The notes under the pieces were generated by a model, which saw only the letters and a list, made by a program, of their open reading frames with translations, had not been told where the DNA came from and did no database searches. From positions 60,762,001 to 60,826,000 of the forward strand of contig NW_024704742.1 in the NCBI RefSeq assembly GCF_018977255.1: a stretch of DNA of 64,000 bases, given 5' to 3'. Source of the DNA: Callorhinchus milii. Its lineage: Eukaryota. A program made the position numbers and the translations under genes. Shown in pieces: positions 24,054 to 37,210 of the stretch; position 1 is the stretch's first letter, and each line of letters starts with the position of its first letter.

Positions 24054-26827
24054 GGGTGAGATGTGCCATTGAGTGTCAACCAGTGACTCATCAGTAGAGG
24101 GCACCACAAGTTGAGCCTGACCTCTCACCACCGAGCTGCCACACACACACACACACACACGCGCAAAATGAGGAGAGGGTGGTGTAGTGGACATGGAACA
24201 AGAACTCTTACTGGTTTTCCCCTCCCTAATCCTGCGAAGGTTAGGCTCCATTGCTACTCCCTATGACAGCCTCTGGCTGAGGCCAGCAAACTCAGCGTGA
24301 GCCAAGGTTTGAACCAGCAAACTCCTGGTCGACAAACTGCAGCTCTATCTACTGTACCATGAGGGCTCTCGACCTTTTAATTTTCTAAATCATAGTGTTG
24401 ATTTCAGAGTAGGTAGCCCACAATTCAGACGGGATAATGTGTTATGCGTTACTGTCAAACAGAAACATACACTGAAGACTAGTGATTGAGGGATAATAGG
24501 CCTCTGAGCAGCACCAGACACAGCCTGAATGATTTACGGTGACTGATGTAAAAGCTTTTCATTTCTATAAACCACCATCTCCAACACGACTTCCATTTAT
24601 ACATTATTATAGCTTATGATTACTACCTTTCTTCGCAGTTTAGACCTGGCTGCTGTCTTCGCCTGCAATAACAATATTGTATACTAAACACAAGTTTATT
24701 GTTCATTTTCTTAAATCCACATCATCATTTCTTTTCTATTGAGTCATTACTAAATTAAAATAATCCTTACTTTTAATATAGCGCCTTTCACATCAAGAAG
24801 ACAGCTTAAAACACTCCACAGTATATATTGTAAAGCATAATGGTTGCCCTTAATATCCGAAGATGGCTGTTCACACAATGTGAACACCTGGGTGTGTGAA
24901 TTTGTTTATAGTGTAGAAGCTGCCACCCACACAGCAAGCACACTCTTAGATAGCAACCAGTGTAACCTGGTGTCAAGGAATATCCGAAAAGACTAACTAA
25001 TCACGCTGGCAAAAACCATTACCCCGGAAAATGATCTGCCAATCGACTGTCGTGGGCCTTGAACCCACAACCTTCTGACTCAGGAACAATAAGACTAGCA
25101 AGTGAGCCAGGCCGACCTCTAAGCGTTCTGACCATAGAGTACTAAGTGAGATCGGGGTGATGTTGCTCAACATGTCAAGAGATTGAGGCTGTGCAGCTGA
25201 GCAGGTCACAGAGAAAATCAGGAGCCGAGTCCTGAGGTTTCTATGGAGTGGTGGATAGGACAATGTAATGGTTTATTTTTCTCTCTGCAGCACACTTACA
25301 CGAATACCTATTCGCTTTAAAATAGCTCGCAGTAAACCACCTACAGTGTTGTCTTAGATTAGATTGATCTTTTTATGGTTGGAGCATTTAATAAAGTTGC
25401 TAAAACTTGTCTGCTTTGGGTGGAAACAAAGTGGCTGGAAGCAAAGTGGCTGGAATGAAACCCATTTACCAATGATAAGCATCACTTTCTCTCGACATCT
25501 TGATTAAATTAGACAAACACAAGCCTGATTCTGCAGCTGCATCTGCTCCATAGGCCACAGTTAGAGCACTAGCAATGAGGTACCTTACGCCTGAAATCCC
25601 ACCACGTCTTAGCCTGTAGGATCATTTTGTCTTAAACTTTAATATGTAAATATGAATTTACATACATACATGTTTCGTTCATGTCGGGAGGATGTCCCAA
25701 GGCATGTAACAAAACATTCCTGGCTTGGCATCCGAGCTGGGGTTGGAAGCCAAAGAAGGAGGTAGGGAGGGGAAAAGATGACCGGAAGTGCAGTAAAACA
25801 GATACCTCTTGAGATGCACCTTGAACGAGGTGAGAGGCATAGAGAGTCAGTGATTATAAGATTGTTTGAAATTGTAAAAAATTCTTGAAATTCACACTGA
25901 ATTTTTCTGCAACTAAAACTCATTTTTTTAATATCCAACTTCCAAATTGAGTCAGATTTTAAAGAATTGTCCACAAACTTCAAATGTTAAGATTAGAGTA
26001 ATCTCGCAGGCTAAGCCGAGTTGGAATTTGGGGGCCACTAATGCGTTTCCCAGACGAGACGGATTGACAGTGTCGAGCGGAGATTGTTAGGCAGCATTCT
26101 GTTGCACAAGGAGCTGTGACATTTTTCTTGGCTTCTTGTTTTTTTTTAGTCGCGGTAACTTGGGCAGCTGCCAACACGAGGCTGGAGATATGTAATTTTA
26201 TAGCGCCATCTGGAAAACTGAGGTTTGCACATGCCAAAAGCAATGCACGGCACCCCAGCCTTGCCCAGATTTGACCCCAATCAACTTACTTCTGGTTCAT
26301 GAAAGATTAAAAGCAGTTTTTTAGAATAAAGCAGCCAGTTGGCAACGCCTTGTAATTCAAACAGTGTCAAATTTAGGTTACAACTGTGCAGATTTATTTG
26401 TAAAATTGACCGGCTGGTTAACTCTGTGAGTAAATGCACTGCTCAACCTATGAAGAACTATCACATTGAACACATCATGATGCAATACAACAATACAATA
26501 CAATTTACATTTATTTGGCACCTTTCACACTGGGAAGACGTCTCAAATCACTGAACAATGCGGTCTGGGCACCTGAGGTGGGGTGGTTGCCAAAGAGAGT
26601 GGGAAGGGGAAAGATGACCATAAGCGATGTCACAGAGGTACATGTTGAGACAGGCCTTTGATGAGGGGAGAGAGAAACAGGTTGGAGGGACTCTAGAGAG
26701 TGGGAGTGGAATGGCTGAAAGTTCATCCGACGATGGTGGGGATATGAAGCAAGCCAGTGCTCCTTGAGCAAAATGAAACGGAATCATCTTACCCCTAATT
26801 TTGGTTAATCAGCTTGTGGGAAGGAAT

Positions 26828-27227
26828 CAGTGGGGAGAAATTCCACTTGGGTCTAGATTTACTATATTTTTGTGAAATTTTAGAGCAACAACACCCAAGT
26901 GCATTTACCTAATACTCTTCAGGTGAGGAAGTATCTCAGAGCGCTTAACAGTGGCGGAGCTTGACGCTAAGGCAGGGAGTCGGGGGAGGTGACCATAGAC
27001 ATGATCAAAGAGGAAGGTCTTTAAGTGTGATCTGAAGACAGGCAAGGAAGGGAAACATCCAGTATTTGGCAAATTGTTGAATTTCAGTCTTAATTTTGAG
27101 GTTAAATAACTTAGAAACCAGCATCAAAATTTAGGCTATATTCAAGAATTTGCCAATTTCTGGGTGTTGTACAAAGCACCATCAACAAAACAAATCTAGA
27201 CACAGGTTAAATTTCTCCTCACCATTG
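26828..27227. repeat. Foldback (palindromic) MITE-like element interrupted by a minus-strand L2 3' fragment (about 26920-27050)
   Basis: Inner arms 27066-27099 and 27124-27156 are imperfect reverse complements. So are the outer arms 26828-26899 and 27160-27227 (ggagaaattccacttgggtctagattt versus aaatctagacacaggttaaatttctcc). Confidence 0.7.
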
Positions 27228-27619
27228 GGCAGATAGATACGGATCCCAGCTTACAACACACAACTTCAAATAAACAGTTTATTTTTGGTCAGCTGGAAAT
27301 CTGATGCACATAGAAACTCATCACCATGCTTAAGAATCTCCAAAACAAACTACCAAGAGCTATATGGTAAACTCATGATGACTCATCACTCCAAGGGAAA
27401 AGGGTTCAGTGAGGAATTATCCGGAGTGGCGAGTTAGGAATATGTTTAAATACATAAATAACAACAACAATAAATAAATGTGGCCGGGATATTGACAGCA
27501 CCATGACTTAAATGGTAGTGACAAGTTAAGTCAGGGTCTAGGTAACAGGAGTTTACTGTATATGATTTATGTTTGTCTGGTTTAGAGTGTCTTTCCAGAC
27601 AGATACACCCTGCTTACCA

Positions 27620-28285
27620 GATCTTAGGCATAGGTTGACAGGAGCCAAAGCTCTTGTACAGAGCCAGTATGTGCATTGGGGTAGTTCTGAAGGTTAACCA
27701 ACTAAAACTACACAGTTTAGCGTTGTGAACACTGTTGCTATCCTACCTATTAAGACTTTGGCTTTCAGGGTTAACCAGTGCTAAGCAAGAAGATTCCCAG
27801 CCACCCAGGTACTAGTCTGCCTCTTCAAGTCGAGAGCCAGGCCGGCATCAACAATGCCTTGGAGTATTTGTAGTCCGGTCTGGCTCAGGGGAACTTATCT
27901 TGCCCAAGCCCTAATGGATGGACTTCTTGATGGCCTTCATCATGATTATGTCTCAATTACATCTTAATTGCTCATTGTACAATACACCCAAAGAACTTTA
28001 TCGGACCTAATATGTGGTGGTTTCTAATAGGGGATGAGAAGTACGTCTCATTGACTTGCAGGAACTCATCTGTAATGTGACTAGCCTGCAAATTATCCAG
28101 AGTGAAGTTCCTTCGAGTTGATGTAACGTATGGGATAAAGAGAATTTGTCCTGAGCCAGGCAGGGATACAGTACTCCAAGGCACTGCAGATACCAGCCTG
28201 ACTTGTGAGTGGGACTTGCAAGGCAGACCAGTTACTGAGGGGGGCTGGGATTCTTCTCACTTGGCACCTGTTAACTCCATAAGCC
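27620..28285. repeat. Two opposite-orientation fragments of an unclassified interspersed repeat
   Basis: 27620-27895 (+) aligns to 47320-47615. 28150-28280 (-) aligns to the same family (gttaac...ccttggagta...ctggctcagg). Confidence 0.7.
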
Positions 28286-29946
28286 AAAGTCCCATCGGGT
28301 AGGGTGACAAAAAGATTTATTGTTAGAAATTACTGTGTATTAGAGATCAACAATAATAAATAATAGTAATAAGAATCCTTACATTTGAAATAGCACCTTA
28401 CGCATCGGGAGAACATCCCAAAGTGCTTCACAGGATATACTGTAAAGTCCAGTGACTGTTTTTGTGAGAGAATGCGATCGCCAATTTGTGAACAGCAATG
28501 TCCCACAAACAGCATGAAGTGAATGAGCAACTTGTATTTGGTGAATTGTTTGCCAGGCCACCAGCAGAAACTTTCTTCTCTTTTTGAATAGCCTCGGAAT
28601 CTTTAACATCCATTTGAACAGGCAGACATGAGCTCAGTTTAATGTCTCAACCAAAAGAAGGCTTAAATCTTAAAACTGAAAAACAACAACTTATACTCAT
28701 TGTTTATAAAATAACAGGGACATCCTCCATAAATTAATAATAATAATATGCAATAGTATTCATTATTATTAAAATTATTGTATAATTCAGATTTTATTAT
28801 CAAATTCATAATAATACTTAATATTATTAATTAGTATTATTCAAAATATTGTACAACTCTGATTTAATGGAAAAAGTGACACATGAAGTGTAACAGAGTT
28901 TCATTTGACTATAGCTACCGTCCTCTGTAGTGCCAGGTTCCAGCGAGACTGATGCGAGTAAATGAGTTCCCACACAGATTATACATTTAAAATACTATTT
29001 GGCACAGTTAATCAAAAGAGCATAGTTCATCACTGGAGCTCATGCCAATTCTAGGTTAACAGGCCATATAATTGGAATTAATGTGTTAAATTTAATCGTT
29101 CAATTCAGACTTAGTGTTTGAAGTTAACTCATTATTTAATATTTACGCACATAAATATTATGTGCAGTAGATCATTCTGTATCATACTAATTTGATGATT
29201 GATAACAACAACAAACTGACTGTGATTCCATCCAGCATGTAGGTAGCCAGGATATGTGTGCCTTTTAATATCACTGGCAGAACCCTGAAACTGAATTTAA
29301 ACTGTACCTCTTGGCATGCGTATGTGCTGTTGTCTGTATAAAAAAGCCCTTCACTAATGCCATTGCTAAAGATGCTAGTCCTTCCGTCCCTTCAATTGTG
29401 TTTAAACAGAGTCATTTTTCTTTCCCTCCAATTTCCTCCTATGTTATCTATGTCTCTGCCAGGATATGATTCTAAAGCTATTTGTTGGCCGTCTTGTTGT
29501 ATCACACTCAAGTGGCAATTCTTTATGTGTGATCCTAAAGGGGTAATAAAGTACATAAAGTAAATAGACTTAATAATTTAACTTAACAACCGTGCCTAGT
29601 GACCAGGCAATTGGGGTGCCTGTTCAAGTAATTTGAAAACGGTGAATTACAGAACTTAATCTCCTTCAGAATCAAGACCTAAGTCAAGGCTTTTCTTGTT
29701 CCGATTTCCTGAAGCAGCTTGGCTAAATTGGTAGCAATCTAGATTGTCGGGACTTAAATTAGAAGTCAGTGCTGACAGTCCTGTGCAGTGCTGGGGGAAA
29801 TTAGATTTTTCGGAGGTGAAAGAATGTAATTTTATGTAAAAGATGTTTCCTGGCCAACTACCCTCCAGATAAATTAATTCACTTCATGGCTGTGGAGATG
29901 TTGGAGGTAAACACTGCCATGTTTGCTTCAAACGCACAATTGCTAC

Positions 29947-30257
29947 ATAATAATAATAATAATAATAATCCTTGCATTTGATATAGCACTTTTCACGTGA
30001 GGAGGACGTCCCAAAGCGCTTTACAGAACACACTGTAAAGTGAATTGACTGTATATTTGTGGGCGAACGTGGCAGCCAATTGCGCACAGCAATGTCCCAC
30101 AAACAGTCATAGATTGAATATGACCAATTTATTATTGTTTTTTGTTTTGGAGGGATTATTATTAGGCGTGTGGAGTAAGGAAACTTGCCCAAGGTTTTGC
30201 CCTGACCTGCCTGGAATTGAACCCAGGTCTCTCACTTGCACTGAGCTACAGGATTCC
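29947..30257 (-). mobile_element. tRNA-derived SINE, short form, with a small deletion in the head
   Basis: Reverse-complement family copy; head reads tctcacttgca|ctgagctacagg, lacking about 18 nt. Confidence 0.9.
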
Positions 30258-30540
30258 ACAAAGGTAGCAATTTATGGCTTTCAGGTGTTTCAAGGTCAGC
30301 TGGATGTCTGACACATGCGAAAACCCATCACCATGCTTAAGAATATCGAAACCAAGCTGAGAATTCAATGCATCCCACCTACAAAAAATCCAGAGATAGA
30401 TTGTTGGACTGGAATGCACAATTTCAATGTTATATGGCACTGAATCAACTACAACAAATTACAATTATGTAGCACTTTTCATGTCGGGATGACATCTCAA
30501 GGCGCTGAAATCAAAACATAGAGATATATATATATGTATG

Positions 30541-30888
30541 TAATCCTTGCATTTGATGTAGCATCTTATGTTTTCGGCATCTCAAAGCGCTTCACAAATA
30601 CTGTAAAGTGAATTGACTGTATATTTTTGAACAAAAAGCGGCAGTGAATTGCGCACAGCAATGTTCCACAAACAGTCATGGATTGAGTGACCAATTTTTT
30701 TTTAACAGTTTATTACCCCCGGAAAAGCAATCCACCAATCGACTAACAACCAGGTTCCTATAAACATCTAGGTAAACAGAGATATATGGAATAAGGAAAC
30801 TTGCCTAATATTTCACCGTGCCAGGGAATCAAACCCAGGTCCTCTGACTTGTGAGGTGAATGCTGTGACCAATATGCTACAGGACTCC
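30541..30888 (-). mobile_element. tRNA-derived SINE, long form, diverged
   Basis: Contains ccccggaaaagcaatccaccaatcgactaacaaccaggttcc and ends gctacaggactcc. Confidence 0.88.
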
Positions 30889-30913
30889 ATTTAAAAGTGC
30901 ATTTCAACAGCAG

Positions 30914-31120
30914 ATAATAATCCCTCCAAAACCCAAAACAATAATAAATTGGTCATTTTCAATCTACGACTGTTTGTGGGACATTGCTGTGCGCAATTGG
31001 CTGCCGCGTTCGCCCACAAATATACAGTCAATTCACTTTACAGTGTGTTCTGTGAAGCGCTTTGGGACGTCCTCCCGACGTGAAAAGCGCTATATCAAAT
31101 GCAAGGTTTATTATTATTAT
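30914..31120 (+). mobile_element. 5'-truncated young SINE copy
   Basis: Near-perfect match to 15665-15870 with CpGs intact; no tRNA head. Confidence 0.9.
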
Positions 31121-32229
31121 CTCCAAACCCCTTCATAACACCTCAGTATATAGGAAATGTGTGCATGTCAGTCACAGAGGCCACAAAGACAGCTGTCATT
31201 GGACACTGGTGGCATAGACGGAGGGGCATTTTTTGGACAGTTCAAAGCAATTCTTTCCTCCTTTTGCTTTGAAATCTTAGATGATCAAAGTCCATAGTAT
31301 TGTACATCCACCAAGATCAGTTTGTCAGTCACTTTAATGAGATGGAAGTACAGAATACCCTCAAACCTGTGAGGCTAAGCATGAGGACATTCTCAGATGG
31401 ATACACACAGTGAAATTTACCTTCCTTTGGTTGAATGTGAAGCACCCCAAGATGCTATTTTAAGTGAAGGGAGCTATATAAATGCAAGTTGTTGTTGGTT
31501 GTTGTTGGTGACAGCAGTAAAGAAACTAAATTAATAAAGAAGCAGTGAATGAGTGACACTACGTGTGAATTTGTAAAACTTGTAGATTTCATGGGGATGG
31601 TAAGAGTGGGGAGATAAGGATAGTGTCACATAGTGTTAGCCTGGGAAAAGTGAGTTAGAGACAGAACAATGATTTTCAATGTCAATACAGTAAGGATACC
31701 CAGAGGTCAGTTGTAGAGCTCTAGCAGCTGCCAGGTGACTCAGCACACTGGAATTTTCCTCTATTTGCTGTAGGTGAACTCTGCAACCCAACGTGTAAGG
31801 TATTGCAGAGTGAAAGCACAGTCTAACTGCACTGTGGCATTGTACTCTAAATTCAGTAATATAAATATAATGCAAGTGACTTGACGTGGAGAAACTTTTA
31901 AATACATTTATACAATCATACAATAAATACAATAAGAAGTAGTGGAAATTACTTAAATTCAGTATTAAGTTAGGAGCCTTTTCAACACATAGGGTAAACA
32001 AAGCTCCATATTTAGACTGAATTAAGTATAGGCTTAAATTTTAAGACAGAATCGTCTTACTGACTAGGGATAGGTCGCATTTCAAACCATCAAATGTGTT
32101 GCTAGTGCACTGGGATCCTACTCATGTGAAGGGTGCTATATAAATGCTAGTTGTTGTTGCTATAAGTTACAACTTCAGCTTTTTCCGAGTGGTAATCAGA
32201 GTAAGATTCAAATGATATGATTCTAGATT

Positions 32230-32695
32230 GATACCTGGGCTGAAGGGATTTAGCCATAATGAGAGATTAGGTAGACTGGGATTATGTTCCTAAAAACAGT
32301 GGAGGTTAAGGGGTGATTTGATTGACGTATTTAAATAATGAAAGGAATTGACAGGTTTTTTTTGAATGACTCTTTCCCTTTGGTAGAGGAATCCATTACG
32401 AGAGGGCACAGCCTTGAAATCAGAACCAAGATGGTTAGAATCGAGGCCAGGAAACATTTCTTCACACAGAGTTTGTAAATCAACAGAATACTCTTCCCAG
32501 AAAGCTGTAGAGGTGGAATCAATAGGGATATTTAAATGCAAGGTAGATTGATACCTGGGTAGTAGAGGTATTAAGGTGTATTGTGAAAGGTCAGGGTCTT
32601 GGGATTAAAAACAAAACTGTCACGATCTAATAAACTGGTGAATAAACCATGTGGTTTTAATGACCTCTTTCTGTTTCTGTTTCCCTACGTTCCTC
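32230..32695 (+). mobile_element. CR1 3' end remnant
   Basis: IPGLKGFSHNERLGRLGL...RLRGDLIDVFK*MKGIDR...FPLVEESITRGHSLK...RKHFFTQ-like remnant. Confidence 0.85.
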
Positions 32696-35600
32696 TGTGT
32701 CATTTGCACTATACGCTACTTTAATGTGAATTGGCACCAGGTGGTTTACAAGCGCTCTATAGGGCACAAAAATAGTAAACAGCAAAAGAAAACACAGCAC
32801 AAATGAAAAGTGAGTTTACATAATATCATGTGAGTAATTGGGATCCAAAAGACCAAACAAGATTATTGACACGTGTTGTCATGTGCTGGAAACGAGGCCC
32901 TTATTGTGTCATGATTAGAAACAGGTTTGTGGCTCAACATTGCAGGATTCAACATTGTTGGTTACACCCAACCTTTGAGAGTTAAATTAACTGGATTCTA
33001 TCAAAATCCATGCTTTGAACCTTTAATCGATTGACTGCTTTTATGCTGCAGCTGGTCATTGTCTGTGTAGTGTGATATTACTTCCCAAGGAGCATTTAAA
33101 TTATATTTTCTGAGGCAGAATAGATCATTTATATCAGTATTTCTCAACAAACGGTCTCAACTAAGCTGAGTCCAGAGATTTTAGATTGAGTGACCTTACT
33201 GAATCATTTATGAATCCTCCACACATTTTAAGAGGAAACTGAGACAATCCCTGTTATTTTGAGTAGGGTACAGCCAGCTTTTATGCTTACAAAATGCACA
33301 GTTACTTCACTTTACAATAAATCCTGTGAATCACTTTAAGACGTCCTGCCAAAGTGAAGGTTGTATATCAAATGCAAGGATTAATATTATTATCGCAATC
33401 TTTGCAGAGCATTATTCTTAAATAGACATTTTGTGTAATGGCCACACTGTTTCAGGGAGAACTCTGTGACATAATTCAAGCTCATTTTAATCAATGGGAA
33501 AACAGAACTCCAGTCTTCAACTTGGTGAATTACAGGACCAGAGATGCCCAACAATCCTCTTCTATATATCGTGGTGCGCATAACAGTCTTCTCGCTCAGC
33601 CCAGACCACACTGAAACTCTGTGATTTACATGTGGTGAAGTGATCTTGGCATCCAGCAGTGAACAACCTAATTTTATGAAATTCAAGGACTTAGTAAATA
33701 CCTCCAGGCTCATATTCCATTTGTCAGTGACTCACCACAGAAGAGTAGATACCTGAATCTCATCTCGACCACTGTGATCACCTTAAAGCTTTTCCTAGGC
33801 CATGTTTCAGCTGTTATGAATAGATATGTTAAGTTAATATTTGGTTATTATTTAATTGCATCATTCAAGTGAATATGTAATAGATTTATTGAACTTCATC
33901 CATATCAAATGGAATTTATCACAGATGTGAGATCTTACTGATTGTAGTAAAATAAGTCAAGCAGGGCAGCTCTTAATTAACATTATTGTTGACCTGCTTT
34001 TTATTCAAGTAAATACGGATGGAATGTTTATATACCAGACCTGATTGGTGGTTTGGGGGTGAACCAATTCACTGAGACTTTAAGCTATGGACATTTCTTC
34101 CAGCGATTGGAAAGAACACAGAAAATCCACTCAGCTCCTCCATTCGATTTTATTACCAGTTAGAAAATATAAGTATCCATATATAATAATATAATAATAA
34201 TCCTTCCATTTGATTGTCACGTCTCTGAGAGTCTCAAAGTGTTTCACAGGATTTTATTCAATTCACTTTACAGTATATTCTGTGAAGCGCTTTGAGGCCC
34301 ATTAACGACTTGATAAGGCACGATATCAAATGAAGGGATTATTATCATTGTGATTGTATATCTGTAGGTGAACATAGAGCAACATTCTTGTGCACAAATT
34401 ACTTTGACTACAAAAATGCACCCTACAGTAAATCCTATGAAGCACTTTGGCACGTATTCCTGATGTGAATGGTGCTAAATCAGATGAAAGCACTATTCGT
34501 CTTATGAATATGGAATTGGAAGCTATAATGGGAGAGTTATTGCACTGGAGCGATGAGCTTCATTGGGCTGATTGGTGTCTTCTCACCCCTGATTTTTCTT
34601 CGGTTCTTATGAAATGTTATGAACTTTTTAGGAGCATCAGGAGTAATTCAGCTGGTCAAAGAACTCTGGGCAAGGAACCTCCCATTGTCAACTTATTAGA
34701 GGTCACTTGGCTTGACGTTAACATTGTTTTACTGTATTGAACAGCTGGAAATCATAATCCTTATACCAGCTGCATCCAACATAGATTTTGGATAAAGAGG
34801 AAAATAATGTCAGTTTATTGAAAGAGATTAAACCCATGGACATAAGTAAATATGAATCTGACAGTCATATCATCACATCCTAAGACATTCCGAAAAACAA
34901 ATTGCTTCATTATTTAATAATCGAGCAAAGTAAATAGTGATGTGCTTGGCTTTCTTCCAAAGAGTGCAGCCTGATGTTTGAATGGAATGGAAAATTTACA
35001 TGATGCATCTGACCTAATAGTCTATCCAATCGTCTTTCAGGGTTTACAACTGTTGAGACAGTGACATTTCTGAGAGTTGCAAAATGTTGCCAAAAACTTT
35101 CTGGCAAGTTTCCTTTAATGTAGTTTAGAAGTGCAGAATAGCCAGTTCTGCAACATTGTGTATTATTTATTTTAGCCTTTATTAAGGTGATAATAGTAGT
35201 AAAGTAGACTGGGAAATATTTCACAATATCATTTGGAAATGTCTTAAACTTTAATACCCCCCAGAAAGGAGTAACAATTTGAATTATTTGTTCCTGGTTA
35301 TTGTTGGCAATGGGCAAGAGTCTGTAGCAGGTAGCATTGCACAACATCAATATTGGCTACAATATTGGCTGACTGTGTGATATGGCGTGACAAAACCTTT
35401 GTATTTGATTCATCATAATAATATTAATAATCCTTGCATTTGATATAGCACCTTATCATCATGTCATTGAGACATCTCAAAGAGCTTCACAGAATATACT
35501 GTAAAGTGAATGAACTGTATATTTTGTGGTCGAAACGCGGCAGCTAATTGCACACAACAGTATCCCACAAACAATCGTGGATTGTGTGACCCAATTTTTT

Positions 35601-36330
35601 CCAAAGGGCTTATTGACCTCAGAAAGTGATCAGCCAATTAACTAACATGCCAGGAGTCCAGATAATTGTCCAATTCTCTGTACATGACCAGGAAAATAAT
35701 GATAAATATGGACAGCTAGTAACTAGAGGATTAATGGCCACCTGAGGATAGAAGAAGCAAAACCCTAAAAAAAAACCTAGACACTCTTATACACACTCTG
35801 TGAATATGTTTTCAGCCCTCACTAGATTGAATGTGAAAAGAGTCTAAAAATAATTGCTAATTACATCATGCTCCCCTACAGGAAGGACTGCCACTGGTGG
35901 AGGTTACATTTGTACCTTTGAGGACATTGCACATTGCGCACATCGCAATAATTTCATCAGTAATTCCAGAGTATAGCGATGCTGTTTGACATTATTAATA
36001 ATAACACAGATATGAATCATGTTGGAGGATGCATGAAGGAAGTTGTCAGTGTTTTTAGTCAATTTTGCCATATAAATGTTTTGCTTTCACTCAGAACCAC
36101 AAAAACTGAGGCCAGAAATGTCTCATTGACTTAGCCTTAAAACTATTGTCTAATATGTTTAAGCTTATTTTGGAAAAATAGGACCTCTGTCCAGGATGTA
36201 GATTGTATTGTAGTGGAATTCTTGTTGATTGCCGTGATGTATATTCGCTTACTGGAAGCATTCCCGTTTGCTTAACTCTAACTTGTTTCTTATTAAGGAA
36301 TCTCATTAAGAGATATCCCAAATTTGACCC

Positions 36331-36611
36331 CATAATAATAATAATAATCATAATCCTTGCATTTGATATATCGCTTTTCACGTCTTCTCGACGTCTCAAA
36401 GCGCTTCACAGAATATACTGTAAAGTGAATTGACTGCATATTTGTGGGTGAACGCGGCAGCCAATTGCGCACAGCAGTGTCCCACAAACAGTCGTAGATT
36501 GAAAATGACCAATTTATTATTGTTTTTTGGTTTTTTTTTGGAGGGATTATTATTAGGCGTGTGGAGTAAGGAAACTTGCCCAATGTTTCGCCCTGCCTGG
36601 AATTGAACTCA
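36331..36611 (-). mobile_element. tRNA-derived SINE, short form, head truncated; about 380 bp upstream of VEGFC exon 2
   Basis: Reverse-complement family copy with (TAA)n tail, ending at ggaattgaactca. Confidence 0.9.
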
Positions 36612-36993
36612 TAGTAATCGACAGCCCATATAGTGGTTAAGCAATTCACATGCCAAGCCATCCCACTGCTCTCAATGATAAGCTATGTGGTTTTAGCTGC
36701 TTAAACTACAGCACTGCCCCAACACACATTTCGGTCCCCAAGCCCCATCCGATATTCTCCAGAAATAGCTAAGTCCCTCTGGGGAGAAAGTACACATTCC
36801 ATTCCAGACGCAGGGAAATTCCCACGTGCAGGTTGCTTACATATGTGGAACTTTCAATCTGGTTTGGATACTCTTCAGCATGTTGATGAGTTCCCACCAA
36901 AAAAACATCATCCTGCTGCCCTGTTTTCAAATCTCGCCACGCACAAATTGTTTCCAGTATGCTGTGTAATCAGTGCTATTGTTTCTTCATCAG

Positions 36994-37210
36994 GGTCATT
37001 TGAGCAGTGAGCTGGAACAACAGTTGCGATCAGTCTCCAGTGTGGATGAACTCATGACGATATTGTATCCGGAACACTGGAAAATGTTAAAATGCCATTC
37101 GATGAAAGGCAGCCGAGCGCATGATCACTTCAGAGAAGTTGGCTTGGACACAGCCACTGAGGAGCCTGTGACTTTCGCAGCGATATATTCTAACCCCGAG
37201 ATTCTAAGAA
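36994..37210 (+). CDS. VEGFC: VEGF-C coding exon equivalent to human exon 2 (N-terminal propeptide and start of mature domain)
   Basis: Translates GHLSSELEQQLRSVSSVDELMTILYPEHWKMLKC...EEPVTFAAIYSNPEILR(S), matching human VEGF-C LEEQLRSVSSVDELMTVLYPEYWKMYKC...EETIKFAAAHYNTEILKS. Acceptor tttcttcatcag ends at 36993; donor gtaagt starts at 37211. 217 nt, phase 0 to phase 1. Confidence 0.95.

Noticed and set aside
25990..26280. Mildly CpG-enriched stretch considered as a promoter or exon 1
   Set aside because: It is short, has no signal-peptide frame, and adjoins a foldback repeat; more likely repeat-derived.
1..36993. VEGFC exon 1 (signal peptide) and promoter
   Set aside because: I found no ATG-initiated hydrophobic leader ending in a phase-0 donor and no CpG island. 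It probably lies upstream of the window, though a short divergent exon could have been missed by eye.
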